NCBI GenBank assembly: GCA_964491475.1
Contig: CAZBFO010000001.1
Span: 327,538-391,537, forward strand
Direction of reading: 5' to 3'
From: an uncultured Gammaproteobacteria bacterium
GTDB taxonomy: Bacteria > Patescibacteriota > Patescibacteriia > SG8-24
Length of the DNA: 64,000 bases
The notes under the pieces are model-generated. The model ran no database searches, was not told where the DNA came from, and worked only from the letters and a program-made list of their open reading frames with translations. Positions within the stretch are counted from its first letter, which is position 1. Every line of letters starts with the position of its first letter. The position numbers and the translations under genes were made by a program. Of the stretch, positions 8,260-16,833 are shown in pieces.

Positions 8260-9249
8260 TCAGTTCGTCGGTTTCTTGAATGCGGCCATGAGATCGCTGT
8301 ACGGGGTGATGTCATCGGGCGGCTTCACCTCGACGGGCTCGTTCCAGGAAGTGAACTTGAGCACCATGCTGAAATGATTGGCGTCGGAACCGGCGTCGGA
8401 ACCGCCGGCGTCGCGGGAGGAAACGGTCAGCTGCAATTGCGCCAGCTCCTCCTGCCGCGTGTTGACCCAGACTTCCAGGGACACATCGCGTTTCGCCAAC
8501 TCGTCGGCCACCTGCTGCATCTCTTCGGCCGAGAGCGAACGGCCGAGCACCAGGCTCTTGAGGTCCTGGGAAAAGGTCACCAACCGGTCGGGATGCATCG
8601 GCAGGATGAACCGCTTGATCGGCTGCGTGGTCATTTCGGTCAGCGCAAGAGGCACCGGCGTGCCGAAGAAACCGGGCTTGACCAATTCCTGGCGGAGCGA
8701 TTGCCAGCTGGCTGCCGGACGCGAGCCGGTGGAGGCGGCGCCTTCCGCTGCGGCGGTCTGGGGAGAGCGGACGATCAGCGAAGCCAGCGTGCGCGCATCC
8801 ATCGAGAACCATTTGCCATTCACCCGTTTCACCAAGGCGGCATCCTTGGCGGTTAGCGGAAGGTTGGAGAGCCTGGCATAAGCCGTACCGTCCTGTCCGG
8901 CGCTGACGTCCAGCGTCAGGTCCTTGCCGCCGTCACCCTGCCCGATCAAATCGAAGGTGGCCTTGCCGCTTGGCGGCCGGTCCTTCGGCATGTTCATGCC
9001 CCCTTCGCCAACGAAGACGATCGGCACCGGAGCACCTTTCGGATCTCCGCCCGCTGCGGCAATCGTCGACTCTGGAGCGAACGTCCCGATGGTGGCGGCT
9101 GCCATGAACGAAACGTCCCCGTCGAGCTTGTGCAGCGCCGTCAGCACGACTTTCTCCGGTCGCGTGGCGAAGAACACCGTCGGCACGAGCGCACCGGCAG
9201 CCATGAGCGCGAAGACGGCGACGATGACGGCTTGGCGTGACTTTTCCAT
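8260..9249 (-). CDS. membrane-anchored hypothetical protein (paralogous segment shared with 6970-8256)
   Basis: 329 aa. N-terminal TM (AVIVAVFALMAAGALVPTVFFA). YARLSNLP...VNGKWFSM aligns with YLRLTAIP...KGKWLRL of its neighbour. 10-nt gap to rarA and 3-nt gap to the next gene. Confidence 0.55.
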   Translation of the reverse strand: MEKSRQAVIVAVFALMAAGALVPTVFFATRPEKVVLTALHKLDGDVSFMAAATIGTFAPESTIAAAGGDPKGAPVPIVFVGEGGMNMPKDRPPSGKATFDLIGQGDGGKDLTLDVSAGQDGTAYARLSNLPLTAKDAALVKRVNGKWFSMDARTLASLIVRSPQTAAAEGAASTGSRPAASWQSLRQELVKPGFFGTPVPLALTEMTTQPIKRFILPMHPDRLVTFSQDLKSLVLGRSLSAEEMQQVADELAKRDVSLEVWVNTRQEELAQLQLTVSSRDAGGSDAGSDANHFSMVLKFTSWNEPVEVKPPDDITPYSDLMAAFKKPTN

Positions 9250-9259
9250 AGCGATGGGA

Positions 9260-10537
9260 CTATGTCTTGGTCAGATATTTTTTGCCTTTGAGCCGCGATG
9301 GCAGGAAGTCCTGGTGCACGTCCGGGGCATCGGGGGTGTAGACGTAGCCCTTGCCGTAGCCGACTTCCTTCATCAGCTTGGTGACGCCGTTGCGGATGTG
9401 CATCGGGACCGGATCGTTCGGCGCTTCGGCGATGTCCTTCTTGACCTCGCCGTATGCCCGATAGACCTCGACGGACTTAGGGGCGCGAGCCAAGTACACC
9501 ACGCACTGCGCCAAAATCACGTCGCCTTCCGGCATGCCCAGCTGATGCACGGCTTCGAAAGCCGCCGTTGCCTGCACCAGCGCGTTAGGGTCTGCCAAAC
9601 CCACGTCCTCGGAGGCGAAACGGACAAGGCGCCGGGCCACGTAGAGAGGATCGTCGCCGGCCTGGAGCATCCGTCCCAGCCAGTAGAGGGCCGCATCGGC
9701 GTCATTGCCGCGCATGCTCTTATGCAAGGCGGAGATGACGTTGTAATGCTGCTCGCCGTCCTTGTCGTACAGCAAGTGCGAACGCTTGAGGATTTTTGCG
9801 GCATCCTCACGGCGTAAGAGTACCACGTCGGCAGCCGCGGCGTCGACGCCGGTTTTGCGGGCGCCCAGGACGGTTCCGGCGGCCAATTCAAGGGCGTTCA
9901 GGGCGCCGCGGGCGTCGCCGTCAGCCACCTCGGCGATCATCCGCAATACGTCGTCTTCGGCTTGAACGCGTCCGGCCAAGCCGCGCGGCGCGGTCAGCGC
10001 CCGCCGCAGGAGCGAAACGATGTCGCCGGCCTCCAGCTTATGCAGCACGAACACGCGGCTGCGCGACAGCAATGCGGAGTTGACCTCGAAGGAAGGGTTT
10101 TCGGTGGTGGCGCCGATAAGCGTGACCGTGCCGTCCTCGACATACGGCAAAAAAGCGTCCTGTTGCGCCTTGTTCCAGCGATGGATTTCGTCGATGAAGA
10201 CGATGGTGCGGGTCCCGGTCAGTTTGCGGCGGTCGATGGCATCGGACACCACCTGCCGCAGTTCGGCCACGCCGCTGGAAACGGCCGGCATCGACACGAA
10301 GCGCGACTTGGTAAGCGAAGCCACCACCCTGGCCAGGGTGGTTTTGCCGGTACCAGGAGGCCCCCACAAAATCATCGAGGGCACTTCGTCGGCTTCGATT
10401 AGGCCGCGCAGGGCGCTCCCCTCGCCGGCCAGGTCCCGCTGCCCTACGAACTCCTCGAGGGTTTCGGGGCGCATCCGGTCGGCCAATGGGGCTTCCTTGA
10501 GCCGTTGCTGCTTCGCCTTATAGTCGAACAGGTCCAT
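9260..10537 (-). CDS. rarA: replication-associated recombination protein A (RarA/MgsA AAA+ ATPase)
   Basis: Walker A GPPGTGKTT, Walker B VFIDEIHR, sensor and C-terminal MgsA helices. 425 aa from MDLFDYK. The ORF-track ORF extends further upstream to 11137, but that extension is rejected. Confidence 0.9.
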   Translation of the reverse strand: MDLFDYKAKQQRLKEAPLADRMRPETLEEFVGQRDLAGEGSALRGLIEADEVPSMILWGPPGTGKTTLARVVASLTKSRFVSMPAVSSGVAELRQVVSDAIDRRKLTGTRTIVFIDEIHRWNKAQQDAFLPYVEDGTVTLIGATTENPSFEVNSALLSRSRVFVLHKLEAGDIVSLLRRALTAPRGLAGRVQAEDDVLRMIAEVADGDARGALNALELAAGTVLGARKTGVDAAAADVVLLRREDAAKILKRSHLLYDKDGEQHYNVISALHKSMRGNDADAALYWLGRMLQAGDDPLYVARRLVRFASEDVGLADPNALVQATAAFEAVHQLGMPEGDVILAQCVVYLARAPKSVEVYRAYGEVKKDIAEAPNDPVPMHIRNGVTKLMKEVGYGKGYVYTPDAPDVHQDFLPSRLKGKKYLTKT

Positions 10538-10663
10538 ATGCGGCCATTCTACGGGTTCCTTTGCGAAGTTGCGAGAACGGCCCTCCCACTTGCCCGTCCG
10601 TGACCAATGCCTTACGCTCTGTACATTGCCTGTTCCTTGCAGACCACGAGCAAAGGTGTCCCG

Positions 10664-10975
10664 ATGTCTCCCATACGAGAAACGAGAGACGATCGCGTAG
10701 CCAAGCTTAAGGGAAAGTTCCTGGCACTGAACCGCCTGCGGCGGCTCAAGGAGTTCGTCCGCTACGACCGCGCCGCCGACGGCGACCTCCCCCACCCCTT
10801 TCCCCAAGACTACGTCGAAGAGTGCCGAGATGCGCTCTGGCAACTCCTCTGGGAGGACTACGAGAAAGAGGACCGGCTGCCTGATCTGGAGCGGCTCGTC
10901 CGCATGGTCAAACGCCGGCCGTCCAGGTCGTTCTACCCCGATGCCCCGTCGGTTCCCGACGATGACGACTTTTAG
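10664..10975 (+). CDS. hypothetical small protein (103 aa)
   Basis: ORF starting MSPIRETRDD. No family recognised. Confidence 0.4.
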   Translation: MSPIRETRDDRVAKLKGKFLALNRLRRLKEFVRYDRAADGDLPHPFPQDYVEECRDALWQLLWEDYEKEDRLPDLERLVRMVKRRPSRSFYPDAPSVPDDDDF

Positions 10976-11090
10976 AAGGCCCGTTTTCATTGCGGGTCCT
11001 TTTCTTTTCCCCGGTTGACCCGAGCGACGGAACCTGTTACTTTTCCTCGTCCGCCCGACACCGTGTCGCGTGGCAACAGGAGGACTCCGA

Positions 11091-12281
11091 ATGAATGACG
11101 GCCGCCCTTTCAAAAAGACGTCTCGCGTCCCTCTCAAGGACTACCGGCTGCCCGAAGCGCGTTTGGCGGTGCTCAAACGGTACGGCCACGACATCCGGCT
11201 TCCCGGCATCCAAGCCGCGGAAGCCGCCTCGGTCAAGCTGATCGAAAACGCCATCGGCTCGTTTCCGATACCCATCGGCATTGCCACCAACTTCGTCATC
11301 AACGGCGAAGAACGTTTGGTGGCGATGGCTATCGAGGAAAAGTCGGTAGTCGCCGGCGCTTCCTACGCCGCCAAGCTCTGCCGCGAAAACGGCGGATTCT
11401 CGGTGATCGTCGGACCGAACGTGATGCGCGGACATATCCTGTTCGCTTCCACCCCCAAGTGGCAGCATGACGCATTTGACCGCCTTGGCGGCCTTAACCA
11501 GCTGTGCCGTAAGGCCGCCGAAGAGCTGGACTGCTCGGAGCGCCAAACGCGTGCGCATTGCCGGCTTATCACCGACGGTTTCGGACACGAAGTCTCGGCG
11601 TGCCGGCTGGACGGAGGCTTCGGCAGGCCGAGCCTGCTGGTCATCAACTTCCAGATGGACGTCGGCAACGCCATGGGCGCGAACGCCGTCACCCGCTTCG
11701 GCGAGGATCTGGCAGCCCTGCTGGAGCCGATCATCGGTGCCAAAAGAAAGGCGGTAATCTGCTCCGATGACGCCACCCACCTGTCCGGTTCCGAAGTGAA
11801 GGTGCAGGCAGCGTGGCCCATCGCCCTGCTGGGCAAGGAGGTCGCAGAGACCATCGTCACCCTCCAACATTGGGCCGATGCCGACCCCGCTCGTGCCGTC
11901 ACGCACAACAAAGGCGCGATGAACGGCGTGAGCGCGGTGGCGCTGGCGACGGGTCAGGACGTCCGCGCCATTGAGGCAGCTTCTCACGCAAAAGCTGCCT
12001 ATGAGGGCATGCCCTACGCCTACAGCAAAACGCTGACGAATTACGAGATCCTCGACAGGAATCTCGTCGGCTGGCTGAAGCTGCGAGTGCCGCTTGGCAC
12101 TGTCGGCGGCGCCACCTCGCACCCTACAGCCGTGCAGGTCCGCAAGCTGATGGACGTGGAAAATTTCCAAGACCTTGCGGCGGTCATCGGCGCCGTCGGT
12201 CTCGCGCAGAACTTCGCCGCGTTGCGCATGCTCGCCGACGAAGGCGTAGGCGAGGCGCATAGCCGCCTCAAGGAAACCTGA
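11091..12281 (+). CDS. hydroxymethylglutaryl-CoA reductase, class II
   Basis: ENAIGSFPIPIG and VGNAMGANAV signatures. 396 aa. CAGGAGGA Shine-Dalgarno before the ATG at 11091. Confidence 0.85.
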   Translation: MNDGRPFKKTSRVPLKDYRLPEARLAVLKRYGHDIRLPGIQAAEAASVKLIENAIGSFPIPIGIATNFVINGEERLVAMAIEEKSVVAGASYAAKLCRENGGFSVIVGPNVMRGHILFASTPKWQHDAFDRLGGLNQLCRKAAEELDCSERQTRAHCRLITDGFGHEVSACRLDGGFGRPSLLVINFQMDVGNAMGANAVTRFGEDLAALLEPIIGAKRKAVICSDDATHLSGSEVKVQAAWPIALLGKEVAETIVTLQHWADADPARAVTHNKGAMNGVSAVALATGQDVRAIEAASHAKAAYEGMPYAYSKTLTNYEILDRNLVGWLKLRVPLGTVGGATSHPTAVQVRKLMDVENFQDLAAVIGAVGLAQNFAALRMLADEGVGEAHSRLKET

Positions 12282-12286
12282 ACTTC

Positions 12287-12316
12287 GGCCGCCCGTCCGG
12301 GCGGCCTTTCTTTTTT
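12287..12316 (+). terminator. rho-independent terminator after the HMG-CoA reductase gene
   Basis: GGCCGCC...GGCGGCC hairpin followed by TTTCTTTTTT. Confidence 0.7.
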
Positions 12317-12370
12317 GGAAGATATCGTCTAAGGTGGCCTCGCTCTTCACGACCAGAAAGGCAGCCTAGA

Positions 12371-13135
12371 ATGAGCGAAAAAGACATGCAGACCCCGGAC
12401 GCGCCGGCCGGCGACCTCAAGGAACTGAACGCCAACGATGCCGTACTCGGCGACGAGGGTGTCCCCCCGACGGTCAACTCGGAACGCCCGGCCTCGCAGC
12501 CGCCCCAAGCCGCCCGAACCAGCCGTGCCATGCCGCAGCCCGTCACCGAAGCGCATCCGGACGGGGAGTTTTACCCCCTCAAACGAAGTGCCCTCAAGCA
12601 TTTGCCCGGCGTCATCGCCGGCACGCTCATCGGCACGCTCGGCTTCGGCGTCCTGATCGGCATGCTCATCGGCGGCGCACGTTCCAAGCCCGCACCGCCC
12701 GAACGCGTCACGGTCACGGTGACCGTCCCCGCGAACGCCAACTCGCGCGAGGCGGTCGCCAAGCGCAACGTGGTCTGGCGCGTGCTGAACCACGACGCCG
12801 ACAAGCTGCCCGAGACGCCGGAAAAGCGCCTGGGCGAAGCGCTCGACCTGCTCATCGGCAAGGACGCCGATCAGTACGCACGGATGGACGGCTTCACCGC
12901 CTTCATCAAGAAGGGCGCCGCGTACTTCAACGAGGAGCAGAGCAACGCCATCGAGCACGCCCTGGCCGAAGGCTCCCCTGCCGAGGTCGCAGAGGTGATG
13001 CGCAAGATCGTGGTGGCCGACGGCCAAGCCAGCGATCTCCTGCGCGGAGTCCTGTCCGACCAAAAGCGGATCAAGGCCGTGGTTGGCGGACAAAAGGCCC
13101 CGCTCGAGACCATGCCCGACGGCAGCCAACCCTGA
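12371..13135 (+). CDS. hypothetical protein with one TM segment (254 aa)
   Basis: Pro/Ala-rich N-terminus, TM GVIAGTLIGTLGFGVLIGMLIGG, and a soluble C-terminal domain. Confidence 0.5.
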   Translation: MSEKDMQTPDAPAGDLKELNANDAVLGDEGVPPTVNSERPASQPPQAARTSRAMPQPVTEAHPDGEFYPLKRSALKHLPGVIAGTLIGTLGFGVLIGMLIGGARSKPAPPERVTVTVTVPANANSREAVAKRNVVWRVLNHDADKLPETPEKRLGEALDLLIGKDADQYARMDGFTAFIKKGAAYFNEEQSNAIEHALAEGSPAEVAEVMRKIVVADGQASDLLRGVLSDQKRIKAVVGGQKAPLETMPDGSQP

Positions 13136-13156
13136 TTTTCCTCGTCGTTCCCACGG

Positions 13157-13185
13157 ACGCCCGTTTGACCGGGCGTTTTTCTTTT
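13157..13185 (+). terminator. rho-independent terminator (ACGCCCG-loop-CGGGCGT + T-tract)
   Basis: 7-bp stem followed by TTTTTCTTTT. Confidence 0.65.
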
Positions 13186-13200
13186 GCACAGCGCCGACCC

Positions 13201-13229
13201 TTGCTTCTTTCCGCCGTTTGGCCTATCCT
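13201..13229 (+). promoter_or_regulatory. promoter for tRNA-Pro (TTGCTT-17-TATCCT)
   Basis: Hexamers with 17-bp spacing, 12 nt before the tRNA 5' end. Confidence 0.5.
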
Positions 13230-13240
13230 GACTGCACTGT

Positions 13241-13315
13241 CGGGGCGTAGCGCAGTGGTAGCGCGCATCGTTCGGGACGATGAGGCCGCAGGTTCAATCC
13301 CTGTCGCCCCGACCA
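13241..13315 (+). tRNA. tRNA-Pro (anticodon CGG), CCA encoded
   Basis: Acceptor CGGGGCG/CGCCCCG, D-arm GCGC-AGTGGTA-GCGC, anticodon stem CATCG/CGATG with loop TTCGGGA, T-arm GCAGG-TTCAATC-CCTGT, discriminator A, CCA. 75 nt. Confidence 0.9.
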
Positions 13316-13317
13316 TC

Positions 13318-13352
13318 AAAGACCTCCGCGAAAAAGCGGAGGTCTTTGCTTT
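13318..13352 (+). terminator. terminator hairpin after tRNA-Pro (GACCTCCGC-GAAAAA-GCGGAGGTC + TTTGCTTT)
   Basis: 9-bp perfect stem. Confidence 0.7.
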
Positions 13353-13381
13353 CCGTACGCCCGCGCTTTCGCGACGATGCA

Positions 13382-13410
13382 TTTATCTGCCAAAAAAAGT
13401 GTGCTAAAGT
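13382..13410 (+). promoter_or_regulatory. candidate extended -10 promoter (..AAAAAAAGTGTGCTAAAGT)
   Basis: TGTGcTAAAGT extended -10 with an AAAA/GTG spacer, similar to the recurring promoter family. About 35 nt before the ATG at 13445, which has no Shine-Dalgarno. Confidence 0.4.
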
Positions 13411-13444
13411 GGCCGCGTTCTCATTCTCGTTTAATTTCACATTC

Positions 13445-14386
13445 ATGAGCAGCCCTGAAAGTCGGCCACCCGCCCCTGAAAGCGCTGGCGAACCACAGGA
13501 GGGAAAGAGGGAAAATATGGCCGAGAGCGTACCCGACGCCGGCGCGGAGGATCGCGAACAACCGCGTCCGGGGTTCACCGTCGAGGCCAACCGGCAGTTC
13601 CTCGGTTTCCAGAAGGTCGAGACGACCAAGGTCGACGAGACTAAGCCATGGAAGCCGGCGCTTGAGGTGCGCGTAACCAACGCAGACGGCTCGATCGAGG
13701 AAGGCGTAGATGCAAACACTGCGTTCTTCACTTTCCATGGCGGGACCGAAGGCGCGCGGGACCTTACGGTTACCGCCGCAGCCGCCGGTCACGTCGACAG
13801 CCTGCACATCAGAGGCACGGAGGCAGGCAGCCACTTCGATTACCCGTCAGTCGAGGAGCTATTTGAGGACGTCGCCGAGCGCATACCCGACAATGTGGCG
13901 ACAGATCCCGGCGTCAGCGCGTTCGACGTGGAAATGGGCAAGCCAATGGGACGCGAAGGTATTGCCTCACGGGCCGAGCTGCTCGCCGACGAGACGATCC
14001 GCGGCGAAGACGTCGTCTCCGCCGACCTCGCCCGCGAGGAGGTACTGGCGTTAAACCGCGAAGGCGCACCGGAGGCAAAGAAGGCATTCATCGAAAAATT
14101 CCGCCGGGATAATCCCGATTCCCGAATCCAGTTCCAACTGGTGCGTGGAGACGTGCTCGTTCCGGTAGTCGTCGCCCCCAAGCGCGAGACGACGAAACTG
14201 TTCCTGGTATTCGGGCCGGACGCGACCGGGGACAAGAAGACGCTCTACACCGCCGCGCCAGGCCGCAACATGCCTCGCCATCCGAACCCGGGACAACACA
14301 GGAACAAAGAGGGCGTGCTTAACGACAGCACCTTCAACGAGTCAGCGAACGCCTGGTTCGACACGGTGATGCTGGTCGGTAAATGA
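13445..14386 (+). CDS. hypothetical protein (313 aa, acidic, no TM)
   Basis: ORF from MSSPESRPPAPE. Start could instead be MAESVP at 13517. No family recognised. Confidence 0.5.
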   Translation: MSSPESRPPAPESAGEPQEGKRENMAESVPDAGAEDREQPRPGFTVEANRQFLGFQKVETTKVDETKPWKPALEVRVTNADGSIEEGVDANTAFFTFHGGTEGARDLTVTAAAAGHVDSLHIRGTEAGSHFDYPSVEELFEDVAERIPDNVATDPGVSAFDVEMGKPMGREGIASRAELLADETIRGEDVVSADLAREEVLALNREGAPEAKKAFIEKFRRDNPDSRIQFQLVRGDVLVPVVVAPKRETTKLFLVFGPDATGDKKTLYTAAPGRNMPRHPNPGQHRNKEGVLNDSTFNESANAWFDTVMLVGK

Positions 14387-14483
14387 GAAGGAGAGAAAGG
14401 CATTACATCCGCCTAAAGCGGGTGTTTTTGTTTCCAAAGTTTCCCGTGAAACAAAAAGCCCCGGAAAACCGAGGGCATGACCT

Positions 14484-15101
14484 TCATTTGGTGGCGACCA
14501 GCCAGAGGCCGCCGGAATTGGACGGTGAGCCGATAGGTACGATCCAAGGCAGAAGCTTTAGCAGGCCGCGCACTTCGGCGTAACGCTTGGCGTCGTTCTG
14601 CGAAACGTAGGCAGCGCCGTAGGCCACGGCGACCGAGGAGGCGTGGGCAACGTCATGTGCCAAAGCTTCCTCGACAGAGTCGAAAAGCTCGGCGCAGGTG
14701 CGGCGGGTGGCCTCTGTGAGGTCGCTGCACAAGTGCCACCAGAGCGGCGCGACCAACCTGGCCAGCGCTTCTTCTCCGTATGCTGCGGTGAACTCGTCAC
14801 GTCTATTCCGGCGCATCGACAACGTCAGGAAAGTGTCGTAATCGCCCTCGGCACGGATGTTCTTGCTCAACGTCTCGCCACTTAACGAAAGCGTGAGCAG
14901 ACCGGACACTTCCTCGCGCGCTGCGGCAGCGATGGCGTTGCCGACGTTTTCGACGTTCAGCTGCTCGGCTTCGGCCATGGGCAGCATGCCGTCCTCGGCG
15001 GCGCGGCATGACGGCTCGATGTCGCGCATGAAGCGTTTGGCAAGTTCGGTCCCTTGGTGCGGCGCGAGCAGGGCCGCCAGATCCGTTCGAGAGACGGTCA
15101 T
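14484..15101 (-). CDS. hypothetical protein (205 aa)
   Basis: ORF MTVSRTDLAALLAPHQG... Convergent with the preceding gene. Confidence 0.45.
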   Translation of the reverse strand: MTVSRTDLAALLAPHQGTELAKRFMRDIEPSCRAAEDGMLPMAEAEQLNVENVGNAIAAAAREEVSGLLTLSLSGETLSKNIRAEGDYDTFLTLSMRRNRRDEFTAAYGEEALARLVAPLWWHLCSDLTEATRRTCAELFDSVEEALAHDVAHASSVAVAYGAAYVSQNDAKRYAEVRGLLKLLPWIVPIGSPSNSGGLWLVATK

Positions 15102-15232
15102 GAAGCACCTCTATCGTATGCGAAAGAGCCTTTGCATTGTTGCCGTTACCGTGCAAACGCGCAACTCCGTTCCCTTTCCCCTCTTCGGTCGTATCCTCTA
15201 TACTGATCCCATATTCATCCGCTTTACCTGCT

Positions 15233-15865
15233 ATGCAGCCCGAAATCCACTCCTTCGTAAGGGAAGCCCTGTCGCGCAACATTCCGCGCGCAGACATAAA
15301 GGAGGCGCTGGCCAAAGCCGGCTGGCAAAATGACGAAATCGCCTCTGCACTGGACATTTACGCAGAGGTGGCATTTCCGGTGCCGGTCCCCAAACGCAAG
15401 CCGTACCTTTCGGCACGCGAGGCGTTCATCTACCTGCTGCTGTTCGTCTGTCTGTACTTGAGCGCCTTCAATTTCGGCGCACTGGTGTTCAACTTCATCA
15501 ACCGCTGGCTCCCGGACGTCACCCAGTACGGCGGCGACGACCTCACGGCCATCCGCTTCTCCGTCGCTTCGCTCATCGTGGCTTTCCCGCTGTACCTGTG
15601 GCTGTCCTCGCTGATGCTCAAAGCCATCCGCAAAGACAATGAGAAGCGCGCCTCGAAGATCCGCAAGTGGCTCACCTACATCACGCTGTTCGTGGCCGCA
15701 GGCATCATCATCGGCGACCTCATCACCCTGCTGTTCAACCTCTTGAACGGCGAGCTGACCCTGCGCTTCGTGCTCAAGGTGCTGACCGTGCTGTTGATTG
15801 CCGGCCTGATCTTCGGCTACTACCTGTGGGACTTGCGGAAGGACGAGCAGGAAAAGGAAGCCTAA
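15233..15865 (+). CDS. membrane protein: N-terminal soluble helical domain followed by 4 TM segments (210 aa)
   Basis: ORF from MQPEIHSFVREALS. Four hydrophobic helices. Preceded by the TATACTGATCCC leader and no Shine-Dalgarno. Confidence 0.55.
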   Translation: MQPEIHSFVREALSRNIPRADIKEALAKAGWQNDEIASALDIYAEVAFPVPVPKRKPYLSAREAFIYLLLFVCLYLSAFNFGALVFNFINRWLPDVTQYGGDDLTAIRFSVASLIVAFPLYLWLSSLMLKAIRKDNEKRASKIRKWLTYITLFVAAGIIIGDLITLLFNLLNGELTLRFVLKVLTVLLIAGLIFGYYLWDLRKDEQEKEA

Positions 15866-15876
15866 CCGCCGCGCCT

Positions 15877-16779
15877 ATGCCTTCTCTCAAGCCGAAAATG
15901 GCGTCATCCTCCCAATCGTTGCGGATTTTCGCGGGCCTGGTGTCGCTGATGGTCGCTGCCGTCATCATCGGCGGCATCTACGTGGCCGGTTCGCCCTCTT
16001 CCTCACGCGCTAAAATCCTGGACCAGCGACGAGCCGACGGCTTGAGCCAGGTCTCTTCCGCGCTTGATCAGTACTACGCCACTAACTTCGCGCTGCCCTC
16101 CGCCCTCGACGAACTCAAGAACTCGCCAAACGCCAACTACGCCTTAAATTCCATCGTTGACCCCGAAACGCAGCAGCCCATCACCTATCACGTCATCGAC
16201 GCGCAGACCTACGAACTGTGCGCCGCATTCGCTTTCCCGTCGCAGGACCAGGCAAATGGCGAGCATGCCGCGCCGAGCAAGCCGATGCCCGTCGGCGCGT
16301 ACCCCAGCGACAACATGAACTGGTACGTCCACGCCGCCGGCGAGGTCTGCCAGCGAGCCAACGCGGCGCAGCGCGCGCCGTTCCAGTATTGCGGCAACGG
16401 CATCGGCGTGAACGCCTGTCCTGGCGGCACCACCTGTACGCAACTGCCCGGCCGCAGCTCGGCGATCTGCGTGAAGACTGGGAAGGAATGCATGGCCGGC
16501 TGCGGCAGCGATGAGTGCACCATCGACAAGGGCGTTCCGCCGGTCGTCAGCTGCGCCGCGCCTGCGCCGAAACCCGGCGGCATGATGCCGGTAAAAGGCA
16601 GGGAGAACTGCGCCCTCTACCAAAACGTCAAGACCAATGAGCGCGCCTGCTACGGCTGCGCCAACGGCATCTGCACCGACCCGCCGCCTGGTTTTGCACC
16701 CTACGGCCGGCCTAGCGGCACCATGGGCATTCCTTACGCTTGCACCGCCACCGAAAGCGGCTGCGAGCTGGTCCAGTAA
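15877..16779 (+). CDS. membrane-anchored secreted protein with a pilin-like N-terminal helix and a 16-Cys C-terminal domain
   Basis: N-terminal TM LRIFAGLVSLMVAAVIIGGIYVAG, then ...DGLSQVSSALDQYYATNFALPSALDEL, which resembles the type IV pilin alpha-1 consensus. The C-terminal ~180 aa hold 16 Cys in CxxC- and CxC-like spacing. Confidence 0.5.
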   Translation: MPSLKPKMASSSQSLRIFAGLVSLMVAAVIIGGIYVAGSPSSSRAKILDQRRADGLSQVSSALDQYYATNFALPSALDELKNSPNANYALNSIVDPETQQPITYHVIDAQTYELCAAFAFPSQDQANGEHAAPSKPMPVGAYPSDNMNWYVHAAGEVCQRANAAQRAPFQYCGNGIGVNACPGGTTCTQLPGRSSAICVKTGKECMAGCGSDECTIDKGVPPVVSCAAPAPKPGGMMPVKGRENCALYQNVKTNERACYGCANGICTDPPPGFAPYGRPSGTMGIPYACTATESGCELVQ

Positions 16780-16833
16780 TTCGCGAAAAAGCGGCGGCCC
16801 TGCGGCCGCCGTTTTTGGTTGCCGATTCGCTTC

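Noticed and set aside
10538-11137. N-terminal 200-codon extension of the rarA ORF in the ORF track.
   Set aside because: RarA homology begins at MDLFDYK (ATG 10537). The extension overlaps a plus-strand gene and the HMGR promoter/start region, and has low-complexity composition.
11037-12350. 437-aa minus-strand ORF covering the whole HMG-CoA reductase gene. Similar long antisense ORFs occur at 25639-27117 (opposite dnaB), 41332-43374 (opposite uvrA), 58844-61762 (opposite the P-type ATPase), 21297-22862 (opposite glyA) and 19538-21250.
   Set aside because: In ~65% GC DNA, stop codons are rare on the antisense strand of real genes. These ORFs have Arg/Ala/Gly/Pro-rich, motif-free translations, while the opposite strand encodes unmistakable conserved proteins.
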